A DNA stretch of 64,000 nucleotides, taken from Tricharina praecox. Lineage: Eukaryota. The notes under the pieces are model-generated. The model did not search any database. It was given only the letters and a program-made list of their open reading frames with translations, and was not told where the DNA came from. A program made the translations under genes and the position numbers. Positions 11,101-23,002 of this stretch are shown here, piece by piece (within the stretch, counting starts at the first letter, position 1; every line of letters begins with the position of its first letter). Where the stretch lies: positions 1,798,001-1,862,000 of the forward strand of contig NW_026250403.1 in the NCBI RefSeq assembly GCF_024521635.1, given 5' to 3'.

Positions 11101-14084
11101 CTAGAATTCCGGACTAGTCGAGGGTGACTTTTTGATCGGTTTAAAGCAATCTTCGACGCCCCATTCCAATTTTCCGGTAGTGTATCCCTTCTCCTCGAAC
11201 CGCGTGTACGCGGTATAGGCATCCTTGATGGACAGAAACTCGAGCTTGACGTCTCGGACCATGGAACCAGGGCGGTCGGCACCGGGACGCTCCAGGCTCT
11301 CTTCGATCCAGCAGACTGGGGCCTTCCTCGCCGCGCTGCATGCGTCAACGATGGTCAGGGACGTCAGTTCCACATTCACTTCTCGTAGCAGGAGAACACG
11401 TGTCCATGATTCGTGCTGGATTCCCTTCACGATATATAGCTCTAGTGGTTTGATTTTTATGTCGGCCCATTCGAACTGGACAGTACATCGGCGGTACGAA
11501 TCGGTCGGATCCACAAATGAGCGTTTTCCGTTGAGGTTTTTGTAGGCGTACGCCATGAAGTTATGGGCATCCGACGGGTACACAAAATCGACGTTGGCAA
11601 ACCGGGTGGGGTTGTCCACCATTCTGAACATCTCGACTGGCCCGCCTTGAATGATCGAAAGGAACAAATGGGGCTGGGGCATAAAGTTGCCGATGAAGCG
11701 GCAAAAGAGAGATCTAGGTTCGGTCCGTGAAAGCTTCAGGAGACGTTCGATCCGACTCTCGATCATCTTCATGTGTTCCGCAGGCGATTGAGCGGACGTC
11801 TGCACTGGGCTTGCCTTCCCGAACAGTGCGCGTTTTGGAAGGTCAGGTCGCCTTCCATCCGGGAACGTCACTCGCTCAAACAAAGATCGTGGTGACTGTG
11901 AATATTCTTCACGGGGAGGCATAGGCGGGCGCACCATCGCATCAACCGTAGCACCTAGGGCGAGTGGCGTATAGCTCATCTTCAGCTGTTGAGAAGTCGG
12001 TTTCTCTTGTCCCTCAGCGGCGAGGTATTTACAGTCCATGATACCGTGGTGCGTCAGCCTCTCGTCGTGGCAAATCAGACAAGTCGTGCCTGAACCGGCA
12101 ATGAGGGTTGCATACACGCCGTTCGTGACCTGGATGTGCTTCCTAAACTCCCTGGGAGCCTCGGCAAATTTAACCACATATTGCTCGGAGCCATTTGGCG
12201 CTGTCTTGAACACTCTACGCAATTCTTGAACTTTCGTTCCCAGCGAGGCAAGGGCGGCAGCGAGTGCCGAAACATTGACAAGAACGGGCATCTCAACCAC
12301 ATAAACCGCGCCCTTCCGCTTGAACGGTGCCACTAGAGGCGTGCCGTCGAGCTTTTGGCGTTTCTCGGTCTTAATGTCGGGGGTAGTGGGCCGTTGAGAG
12401 TGTTTGGAGTCGTCCCACCGTTCGCGGAGCTCAAGTGTTTCTGTTGCCTTTCTCTTGGTTCGTTCTCTGGATTGCTCGGTTCGTTCTCTGTATTGCTCCG
12501 TGTTCGGAGACACCGTATCGAAGCTATGTGTGCTCATTGCAGCATCGGGTGTCCTTGCCATGGAACGAGGTTTACGATCGCCGGTCGCAGCCTCGCGGGC
12601 ATTACAGGGTTGCGCATGTTTGAGCCTAGTCTGAAGAACTTGCACATCTCCCTGTAGCTTCGTGCATCTCTTGCTCGCCTCGTCGTATCTCCAGCTCACG
12701 GTTTCGTAATTCCTGGTCATATCTGAGAGGTCTCGGCCCGCAACGTCGATCTTTACGCGCAGCTTGTCGTTCTCGGCCAATAAGTTGCGCTTGTGTTCCG
12801 TCAATCTTCGATTATCCTGGATCAAATCTGCTTTGTCGTCCTGAAGCTCTCTCTTCTGCCTTCGGATGTCGATCAGTATGTCTTGTCGAACCTGTAGTTC
12901 ATCGTCCTGTCTCTTGATATCATCCTGCAGCGCATCGATCTTCTTTAGCAGTGCGTCGATTCGGTTCTTGAGGTACTTTTCGCTGTCACTGAATGGGCCT
13001 TTCTTCGACTCCTGCAGAGCTTTGATTTCCGCCTCAAGAGCAGTCTTGTTTTCGAGTAAACCGTTTTTCGTGATTTCGAGAGAGACCTTCTCCTTTTCAA
13101 GTCGATATTCCTTTTTCTCCAACATCGAATTTGCATCTGCAATCACGTGGTATTTGTTGATGAGATCTTTGTTCTCGGCTGCGCTGCGCTCAAGACGGTC
13201 TGTCAGCTCTTGATTGGCCTTCTCCAGCTCGGTTGTCCTCGAAAGTTGCTGTCGATTCGTTCCGAAGAGCTGCGTGTTCTGCTCCGTGAGTCGCGAAAGC
13301 GAATCTTTTTGCTGCTGTTTCGCCTTGGTATTGGCGTCGTTCTCTACTCGCAAGGTATTGTTGTCGGTGACAAGTCGCTCATTCGCCTCACTCAGTTTAT
13401 TATACCGGGTATTAAGCTCGGCCATCTGGGTGTCGATTTCATGCAGGGCAGCAAGCTCCTTATCCGACTCATCCAGCTGCGACTTCAATCGTGAGAGATC
13501 TGCCTGCAGTCTTCCATTTTCCCCTTGGAGCTTAATCTTCTCCTTCTGCCAGACATCCTCCGCCGCCGTCGTCACGAAGGATTTTCGACCGATCGTAGGA
13601 CTAGCCAGAGGTTGCTTCTGCAGTTTGCCGACCTCGCACTGGAGTGTTTTGGTCTTGACTTCCAATCCCTCGACAGTCCGGGTCAAGTTGAAATTCTCCT
13701 GTTCAAGGGCAGTGTATTCTCGTTCGAGATTGGCGACCTTCGTGCGTTGAGTCTCGGCATCGATTTTCGCTAGTAACCCCGACTGTTCTTGCCCGTCGGG
13801 GAGTGGTGTGCTCGATAAGGTTCGCTGCTGTTGGTGTTGCAGTTGTTGCTCAAAGAGTTGATTCTGTTTTTCGGCGAGTTGAATCTGTAGGCTCGTGACC
13901 TGGGCAAGCAGCGTGTCATGCTGGGCACGCGGCACAAACACTAGTGACTGGAAAGAAGTGTCGAGTATGTCGGCGGGAGTCGCATCGAGGAAGCTTCGCA
14001 GCGATCGGGGAGTCGCCTGTTGTCGTGTAAGCTAAGCACGTTTCGTCGAGAATATCCGTAAAGTCGCTGTGGAGATATTACCAT
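11101..14084 (-). CDS. Large coiled-coil protein with possible RRM-like C-terminal domains; first exon is the ATG alone (intron 14017-14081)
   Basis: 946-aa open frame extends in frame to the acceptor at 14017 (ATPRSLRSFLD...). About 400 aa of heptad-rich sequence; C-terminus GGPVEMFRM..FANVDFVYPSDA and TRVLLLREV..VKLEFLSIKDAYTAY resembles fungal RRM-like repeats. Confidence 0.8.
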
Positions 14085-15050
14085 TGTTGCAATCGTTGTC
14101 GTTGAAATGGGAAGGCGCGTCTGTGTCTATGTTGAGCAGCAATCTGAACCCCCACTAGGTATCACCTACCTGCAGAAGATGTGATGGAAAGACAAAAGAA
14201 GATGTAGGGGATTATGGAGGAGGATATTAGAACGACAATTGACCCACGGCCATTGCGTAGTCGGAGATGAAGAAAATTGAAGCAGGGTGAACAGTGTTGA
14301 GGATGAGGAGGAGGAGGAGAAGGAGAAGGAGGAGGAGGAGGAGCGGGGGAGAGGAGTTACCGTATGGCACGAGAGGAACTACCCTAGTAACTATTACGCG
14401 CTAGCGCCAAGTTTTGTGGGCAGGGATGTGATCCGGTAATATAGAAAGCCGTTGTGCGAACCCTACGGCAACTACCCTACGTGAGTCGTGACTAGACATG
14501 TAGAGAAATCAGCCGGCCGTAGATACTACGTAGGGGAACCCGAATGACATGTGTGGAAGCGCAGTCAGAAACTACTCGAACACTATAACTCTCTGTATCC
14601 TCGGATTTTGGTGGAGCCGGACAATCCCCAGCTAAAACTGAGATCAAACATTCTCGGCTGCGAGGGGACTATCTTCTGGTATGTACATGTCCATCTACGC
14701 ATAGCATACGTAAAGCTAGCTGACAATGACTTGGACATCGCTACTTTAAACTCAATTCAGATCGAGAGTGCAGGAAGTCGCATGGCATGTGCACTAATTA
14801 TCACTCGCAACACGGGGGATGCCGCTTTCACATGCTTGCGATATTTCCGTCCTGCAGGGGAAACTCTGTCTGACATGAGATAACGCCGCCTGCATTTTTT
14901 GCGTTTAGATATAGGGCTCGACGCCCCTCTGCTCTGCTTGAGCTTAAATTCAAATCCTCCAGCAGAACCACCGGTCTGCCATTGGTCATTCGACTCTGCT
15001 TCCTGCACTTCTCTGTCGTCAGCCCATCTCGCAATAGCACTTCAGTAGTC

Positions 15051-15944
15051 ATGGCTGTCACAGTTCTCGATGCATCGCGCTCCCGGCCTGCTACTCTCGT
15101 CTCCCGCCTATCCGCCTCGACTCTTGCGGCCACCGCTCTCCAGCAAATCCCCAGCAACTACCTCTCCCTCGCCAAAAGCCTCCTGGCCATCGCAGCGAAT
15201 AACATACCGCTTCTCTCCGCCCCCACTCCCTTACCCGAAGCAGAAGAAGTCTTCACCTTAGACGCCCCCGATTACTTCAAGAGCCGACAGGCGCCGCAGG
15301 AAAACGACCTCAGCAGCAACACACTTCCACCACCCAGCTACGCCACCTCCCCACCAACACCCACACAACCGACGGAACCAACGTCCCCCTCGCAGACCGT
15401 CCACTTCTCGCACCCATCCTCACTCTCGCAGGTGGTATCGCAGGCATCCAGCAGCAGTACCGGCCGCTGTCCCTCCTGCTCCCAGCTGCAGCTCCAGCTG
15501 CACCTGCTCACGCTGCAGAACGAAGCCTATCTCGCACAGCGGGACTACCTGCTGCAGCACCAGCAATCACCCGGCTGCACTGCCGCCTCCCCCGGGTCGC
15601 AAGGGCTGCTGGCGCTGGTCATCGCCAACGCGATCCGCGCGCTGTTCCTTGTGGCGTTTCTGCTGTGGCCGTATGTGGTCCGGCTGTCGTGGAAGGCTCG
15701 CGAGTGGGAGAACGAGTGGGAGATTGGGGGGCGCGTGAGGACCTGGGGTTGGAGGTGTGTGGGCATGGCTTGGACGGTTGTTGCCAGTGCCGGCAAGGAG
15801 CGGCATATTGGCGTTGGAAGGAGGGCACAGGCCGAGTGGGAGGTGTGGGCTATGAGAGGGATGGAGGAGGTGGTCAGTGGTGTCGGGCAAGGTGTTCGGG
15901 AAGGACTCGGCCTTTGGGGCGTAAGAGTCGAGGGGACGATGTAA
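15051..15944 (+). CDS. Hypothetical membrane protein
   Basis: ATG at 15051, 297-aa ORF, Ser/Pro-rich middle, hydrophobic stretch LLALVIANAIRALFLVAFLLWPYV, conserved-looking tail GVGQGVREGLGLWG. Confidence 0.7.
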   Translation: MAVTVLDASRSRPATLVSRLSASTLAATALQQIPSNYLSLAKSLLAIAANNIPLLSAPTPLPEAEEVFTLDAPDYFKSRQAPQENDLSSNTLPPPSYATSPPTPTQPTEPTSPSQTVHFSHPSSLSQVVSQASSSSTGRCPSCSQLQLQLHLLTLQNEAYLAQRDYLLQHQQSPGCTAASPGSQGLLALVIANAIRALFLVAFLLWPYVVRLSWKAREWENEWEIGGRVRTWGWRCVGMAWTVVASAGKERHIGVGRRAQAEWEVWAMRGMEEVVSGVGQGVREGLGLWGVRVEGTM

Positions 15945-16502
15945 CGATGGCGCCTAGCGAATGATGAGAGACGGCGTCAACGACAACCGAGATTTATGAT
16001 TACCACACGGCACGACACGACATACGGATTGGAGAAACACATGGACAGAGCATAGATTTCTTATTTGCATATTTGTTTATAGAGCAAGTCGTCTTCAAGC
16101 AACATTCTATATGGAAAAATCCGCATACTGCCTGTTGATATTATGCTATTGCCTGTTCCGGTGTCACTGGTACTTTTCTATGTCCTTTTGCATCGTCGCA
16201 TACAGCCCTCATTTCCTTCGTGGCTTCTTAGAATTGTCCCTGACTTCTCACCAGAATCAGCCTCCTTACGCCTTCAGGTCCCTAGCCCAAATCCGACACA
16301 ATTCTCAACAGCCACGAAGGAAATGAGAGTAAAAGGACAGTGGAAAGCAGTAGTGACAGCGTAACAGGCAACAAGACGCATTGTGTCAACACTGCCCGTG
16401 GTCGCCATACCGAGTGACCTCCCATGTACGTCGTGGCTAAAATCGACGCCTCAACAAAAACAAAAGCAGTTAACTTAACCCAAGAAATGGCAAAAAGGTG
16501 AA

Positions 16503-16574
16503 TGACCCCGACGTGATTTGAACACGCAGCCTTCAGGTCTGGAATCTGACGCGCTACCGTTGCGCCACGGAGTC
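16503..16574 (-). tRNA. tRNA-Trp(CCA), intronless, with an A31-C39 mismatch
   Basis: Reverse complement GACTCCG TGGCGCAACGGTAGCGCG TCAGA TT CCA GA CCTGA AGGCT GCGTG TTCAAAT CACGT CGGGGTC A; 72 nt; TTTTT follows. Confidence 0.92.
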
Positions 16575-19500
16575 TTGAATGACATAAAGCCGGCGGCCGT
16601 CTCTGTAATCGGTGCACACTGAGTGCTGGTGTGGTAATATTAAGCATCGAAACTTGAAAGCTGTCGGGCTTTATTCGCAGACGGTAAACAAGATACCTGG
16701 AGTGAGTGTGCCTGTCGTTGGAGCCGATATATAGGCACATCTATCTGGCTGCAAGATCAAAACAGGCCCGTTAAAGATTACGAAACGAACAACAAAACCT
16801 ATTGACGGCGCAGTCGGGACTTGAAATATTCCGATAACGACGACAACGACGGGCGTGTCGTGGAATTCGGGTTTCATGCGACATCACTCGGGTATCCGGG
16901 TATACCGAGCCCGATGGTTGGACCCCACACCCCACACCCCACATCCCGCACCCCGCACTGGGAACATGGGAAGCAGTACAAGAGCATGCATATGTAGAGT
17001 ATATAGGGTTGATTATTGCGCTTCTGCGAGCCGTATACCTATGACAAACGTTAATCACCTCTGCGACGCTCGCTCGTCGCATGTGTGTCCCTCTGTTTGC
17101 TACATACCGGTCATACACCCGCACATGGGTGGTGCGGCCAACGCTCCGTCCGGCCGTAAGGAGAAACCGACTTCAATTCCCGAGGGGAGCGGGGCACGTG
17201 TTGCGTCGTCGAAGCGGGGAGGGAGGAAGGGAGGGGCGAAAGGCGGGGCTAGGGAACCCACATATCTAGCACAGATGAGTTCGGTACCGCCGGCGGTGAC
17301 GGGACTACTGGTAGCGGGCATGCCCTCATCTACATAGAGCATCCGCGCAGTACAAGCTCTAGTGGGCTGGAACTTGGCAACTTCTTCAGTGGAGTCTGGA
17401 CGAGGCTTCTAGTCGTCGTGGACTCCGAGTCTGTACCTACCTCACACCGGTACTTAGGTAAGTGCATAAATGTCCAGGACTAGGATGAGCGCACCCTCCG
17501 TTGCTCCTCACCCCTCTCACCCCCCTCACCACCACACGGATCAGCCCCAATGATCGGACCCAGCAGTGACAGGTTTGTGGTTAAGCATAACACGACTTTC
17601 GGATAGGCACCAATGTGGGAGGTCCGGGGGCAGAACCCGTCGATATGTATCCACAAGCAGCGGCCGGACTACCCGATACATACGAGCGGCAAACATCGGA
17701 CATCCGGTGCGCGTGTAGTTATCCAGGAATCGAGGTCAACTATCGAATTATGTAGTGCTTGAGCAACTAGTGCAAAATCTATGCAGGTCTGGTTACAGAA
17801 CTGCCCAAGTCGAGTAACAATCGTTACCCGACAAATTAGCGGCCTAGATACATACGCCAAGCGGAATGGGAGGGAGGGGGAGTAAATCAAGGGCTAACCC
17901 ACGGGCTAACTCAAGGCAGATATATACCAACAGGCTACATACGAGTCGCACTGCCCTGTCCTGGACAAAATTGTGCGTAACAGATAGAGTCTAGACAGCC
18001 GGTATTTTTCTTCTCAAACCCGGGTCGGTACGCATAGAAGCTGGCACTGACATGTGTCGGTGTTTCTGGGCGGCCCGGGGGGGGGAATATGCACTAGTAG
18101 TAGTACCCATCCGGTGTCAGGTAGACAGGATACGGTACGGTACCGTATCCATCCGTACGTACAGACAGTGGTAGTTACGGATAGGATTGCACCATGGGCG
18201 TTTTCATCGTTGCCGAAGAGGGGGGCCCGGCCAACCGGAATGCAGGTTTAATGTAGGTAATCGACCATGAGCTAGAGTAGCAGGAGTCCTGGGCTATGCT
18301 ACCCAAGAGGTAGGTACCTGCCGTATGTAAGCTCTCAGCTGTCGCGATCTGTACCAAAAACTCGGGCGGTTTGCCTATTCGGGCATATAGTACTAGTTAG
18401 TAGAGTAAGCAGGTCAAGCACGCAAATAAAGACTGGGCCCATGTTTAACAGCTATGTAGCTCACACATCGTGTCACTCGGGACTTTATGATCCCGACAAG
18501 GACAAGCAAAGTGAGCAGTGGTCCCGCTCGTTCTCACTTGTGTGTGTCCCCCTAGCTGCTGCTTGATTACTTATCTACTTTCCCTTCGGTTCTAGCTGAG
18601 AAGCAAAGTACCGAGACCAATATTGCGCACACGACGAGACTCCAAGACAAAAGACATGCCTCGCTGACCCCCACTCCCCATTCCCCACCCCCCACATCGG
18701 AGAGGAGCGGGGGGCTAGTTAACCGCCACTGTCAGATCCAGGTACTGAGCACGCTCTTCAGCCGCCCGTTCCTGCATACATAAAAACTTTAAACATGCGC
18801 GTATGTACATCGGTAGGCGGTATGTGGGCCGTACCTAGAAATTAGATTCTATGTAGATATGTTGCCGTACATAGGATGAGGATCCTATCTGGTCCGAAGA
18901 AGTGGTCTAATGGGCAGTGCTAATGGGGGATGACGGAATTCACCTCATGAAATGCCTGCTTATCTTTTATTTTTTATTGTAGAGCTCGGTTATAGGACGG
19001 TGGGAGATGGGAGATGGGATGATTTCCGGGCCCGTTTCGAACCGAGTTGTCTAGATTCCGATGGCGATTTTTTTTTGGTTCGATCCCATGCGTGACCAGC
19101 CTTGCAGTGAGTACTAGGTAGTACTCCAAGTAGAGAAACACGGCGATTGAGATTATGAGATAAGAGAACGAAAACGAGGCAACCCCGAGGCCGCCCGATC
19201 ACCAGAGAGTTAGCCACTGCCATTCTAGGGAATGGCCAGCGTGGGGTGCCGAATGGCCATTGTGCTCGGACGATGGGCTTTGCACTTTGCCACCACATGC
19301 ACCCCTCGTAAATAAAGCCCCGAACGACGGCGGTGATGTCGTTTCCTCTCTCAGCCTCAATGGTAGGTACTGTAGATATTTCTGCTGCAGATGTCGACCG
19401 GTGGGGTGGACTTTCGTCGTTGTGGAAAAAAGCTCGTGATGCACTGATGCTTCTTTCCCAGGGGCATCGGGACCCGAGCCACGGTTCGGAGCCCCCTCGG

Positions 19501-19855
19501 ACCCCGAGACCGAAGAGCCAACCTAGACGGTCTCATGGATTGGTGGGACCATGTGCCCCCATTCCCACGTACGATCACTCGCCCATGGTACATATGACGC
19601 GCATGGGGGGCAGCTGCCGACGGCCGTGCCCAACCCGCCCGCACAGGAGATATCATATCATACCATACCAAGCTGTTTGTTTTCCAGCGACATTCCAGAA
19701 GCAGAAGCGAAATGCTCGGTAGAAAGTAGGAAGCTTCTAGCTCCTTTCTGTCTGATCTTCTTCCCCGCATCACACACCTTCGCAGATCCCTTCCGCATAG
19801 TTAGTTGCTAACCACCGGCCCACCCCACCACCACCATCATCATCATATGTATGTA

Positions 19856-19857
<2 letters not shown>

Positions 19858-19887
<30 letters not shown>

Positions 19888-19896
19888 ACCCCCCCA
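19858..19896. repeat. Poly-C homopolymer (~30 nt)
   Basis: Direct reading. Confidence 0.9.
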
Positions 19897-21455
19897 CGGA
19901 TTCAAATCACCATCTCGATTCTCGTTCCGTCCAGACTGGTCACTGATCTGTGTTTTGCTGACTGGGGTTCATATTGAAGTGCATATGTACTGTACATATA
20001 GTATGTATAGTACCTATGGCGGCTTGGGGAAGGAAGATTGAGAGAAAAAAATGGGACGGAAGGATGGTTGACCGTGGCTACCCATGGTTACAATCGGCTG
20101 GATATTTGCATGCATGCTCTCCAGTCTCCGGTGTGTATGCATGTAGGTATGTGTATTTGTTGTGCAGTGTAGGTGCGGGGATGTCTCGTCCGTAATTTCT
20201 CTGTCTCGATACCCTCTCCTCCTCCTCTCCACTCCCTCTTCTCCTCCAATCCGTCCCTCTTCCCCTCCAAATCGCACCAAAAGCTACAGCTGCAGTATGT
20301 ATCGGCGCTTCAGAGTGACCGCCGCTCCAAACGGTTGCCAATGCCGATCTAGCCCCGCCCTCGAGCTCGTTGGAACTTGGCGTCCGAAGCACACCTACCT
20401 GTATCCTACTTACCTACATAGCAATGCGCGAATAGTCTACTATAGACGGCTCGAAAGATGCGAGATGCAAGATGAACTGCCACCACGATCCAGGATACTA
20501 GGTACGGTAGAAGGTATACCCGGAAGCTTTTCGGACCGGCGACGAAAGAGCAGCAGGAGGGAAAGAGCAGAAGGAGAGGAAGAGATAGGGATCGTCCGTC
20601 CGTTGCGGTAGATCTATTATCGTACATATCATACATATCGTACATATCAACACGGCCATGTGGTCGGTGTCGGTGTTGGAACTTGGTGAATCCGGACGGG
20701 ATGATGGATCGATCCATGCCATCACTACTACCTAATACTTCGACCATCTACCGCCGCCCCCATGGACTGCCGCCGCAGCAGCCAGCCAGCCAAGGACGAG
20801 ATGTTCGGACTTCCCACCTTCCCAGATATACCCATGTAAAGAGGGTCATGCCCGGACATATCGTACACTGGCTGGGCGCGCACAGAATTCATGCCCCACC
20901 CCTCCATCCATCCAGCCAGCGAAAGGTTAAATAAACTCCTTCTGCATGTACGGTGAGGTGCATGAGGGTACGTAAAAACATCGACTTCCCCCCTGGGCGC
21001 TGCAGACTGCAGTAGGTGGATCTCAGAAACTAACTTGGTATATACCCCCTCTTCTGGCCATGTCCTGGGGGCTCGGTTACCCCATCACCTTGTCCGTAAC
21101 AGAATACCGGTTCGTGTGATCTCAGTATGTATGGTAAGTAAGCCGAAGAGCTCCCTCAAGGCTCAAGCTCGGAAAGCACCGATCAAGAATTGCTTATTCG
21201 TTCAACCACTAGTTACTCTACTGTACCTGACGGAAAGCAGGAGTCGATTAGCCAACCGGTCCGATGCCTATGTACATATGATATGATACATCATCTTCAC
21301 GGCACGGCCGAGACAGACGCCGTGGGAATGTCTCGTATGTATCCCGGATGACGGGCGACTCGGATTGCTGTGGGCAGTGGGCGCGAGCACTTGTTATGTA
21401 CCTCTAGGTACATAGTCCGTCATCGAGCCGGGAAAGAGATGACGGGAGAGCGCGC

Positions 21456-21478
21456 GGGGGGGGGGGGGGGGGGGGGGG
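21456..21478. repeat. Poly-G homopolymer
   Basis: Direct reading. Confidence 0.9.
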
Positions 21479-22467
21479 CGGAAGTGGGTACATACCTCAT
21501 ACCGTACATACATGGCGCTTCAGACTCTCTCGCATGAGCGAATAACCGCAAAGCAACATCCCTTGTGTGTGGCAGCTCGTTACCATGTTTTCCGTATCGT
21601 CTAGATGCATGGTAGAACGAGTAGGCAGGCGGACAGGCTGGCAGGCTGGTAACACGGACAGGACAGGCCAGACCAGGCCAGGCGTGAGTGTATGATTCGG
21701 GCTTTGGGGGACTCCGACTCGACTTCCGACTCCAGGAAGCGCTTAATGCCTACTCTCTACCTGTTTAGTCTGCTATGTACGATGCATGCGGGTCTCTCGA
21801 TCAATATCAATCTCGTCTGCGAGTGTCGAGCGACATAGGTACGGTAGGGCTCAGACGAGCTGGCGGTGAGTATCATATAACATAGTATAGCATAGTATCT
21901 AGAGTATCTCCCTACATACGGTACATGTCCACTCTATCGCATCTCTCGTGGTGGTGGGGCGGGTAGGCACCACCGATGTGCTGATGATACTCCACCTATG
22001 TACTCCAGATACGGTACTAGTAGCTTGTTTTTCTTTCTTTCTTTCCTTTCCAGAACGAAGAGGAAGCTCACTGAGTACTATCACAGAGTATGTAAGTCGG
22101 ATAATTCTAGACATGATTCTCTCTGTTCGTCTCAGTTCGTTCCTGGGTACGATGTCATGAAATCCGCGAGATATGGAGAGTGCGGTGAGCTGCTAGATCG
22201 GGACGTATCTGCAGTACCCTGCAATTAAGCTGTAGTCGCCGTTGAAAGAACGTTGGAACAATCTGCCAATCATATCGGTTGCGGGTCAGCTACCGGGATC
22301 ATGGGCAGATTGTAGAGTATCATAATATCTGTCGGACAATTGTGGTGGAGCTAGAATAAACACCCTCGTTCCTATGCATACCGGTACCTCCCTCGAACGC
22401 TGTGGTGTGTACGGTGTACCTGGAAATCCAGAGAGGGAGCGGCAAGGCTTCTCTCGGGCATACTCGC

Positions 22468-22513
22468 CTTCTTCTTCTTCTTCTTCTTCTTCTTCTTCTT
22501 CTTCTTCATCTTC
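22468..22513. repeat. (CTT)n microsatellite
   Basis: Direct reading. Confidence 0.9.
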
Positions 22514-22917
22514 TCGGCCAGATTGGGCTTTCTCTCTCTGGCACACTTTCCTTCTTCTTGGCCCCATCGCAGCTTCACGACACCGACATACAGTACATAC
22601 ATGACGACAGGATTGGCCCCCATCTCGTCCCCTCTCTCCGCCGGAGAACGTCACATGGCTTCTGTCTGTACTTAATGCACATCCATCCCAATTCCAATCC
22701 CAAGAGCGGGGAAGCCAAGTATGTATGTCATCCTGTTGGATTCTCCCAAGAGAAGCCTTTTACGGTAACGCTCCTCCGCTGCTGCTGATGCCATGTACGG
22801 CGCTGCACTGCACTGCGCGGATATATATGTACCCTGGGTCAATCAAAAACTGACCTACCTAACTCGTGTGTCGTTTCGCGCAGGTATGTATGTAGGTCGG
22901 ATAGGCACCTACGATAT

Positions 22918-23002
22918 GCTGGCTGGATGGATGGCTGGATGGCTGGATGGATGGCTGGATGGCTGGATGGCTGGATGGATGGCTGGATGGCTGGATGGCT
23001 GG
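22918..23002. repeat. Compound (GGAT/GGCT)n tetranucleotide repeat
   Basis: Direct reading. Confidence 0.9.

Noticed and set aside
17809-18150. Short hairpins (gtcgagtaac-aatc-gttacccgac; ggatacggtac-g-gtaccgtatcc)
   Set aside because: Short and within GTAC-rich sequence; no supporting context.
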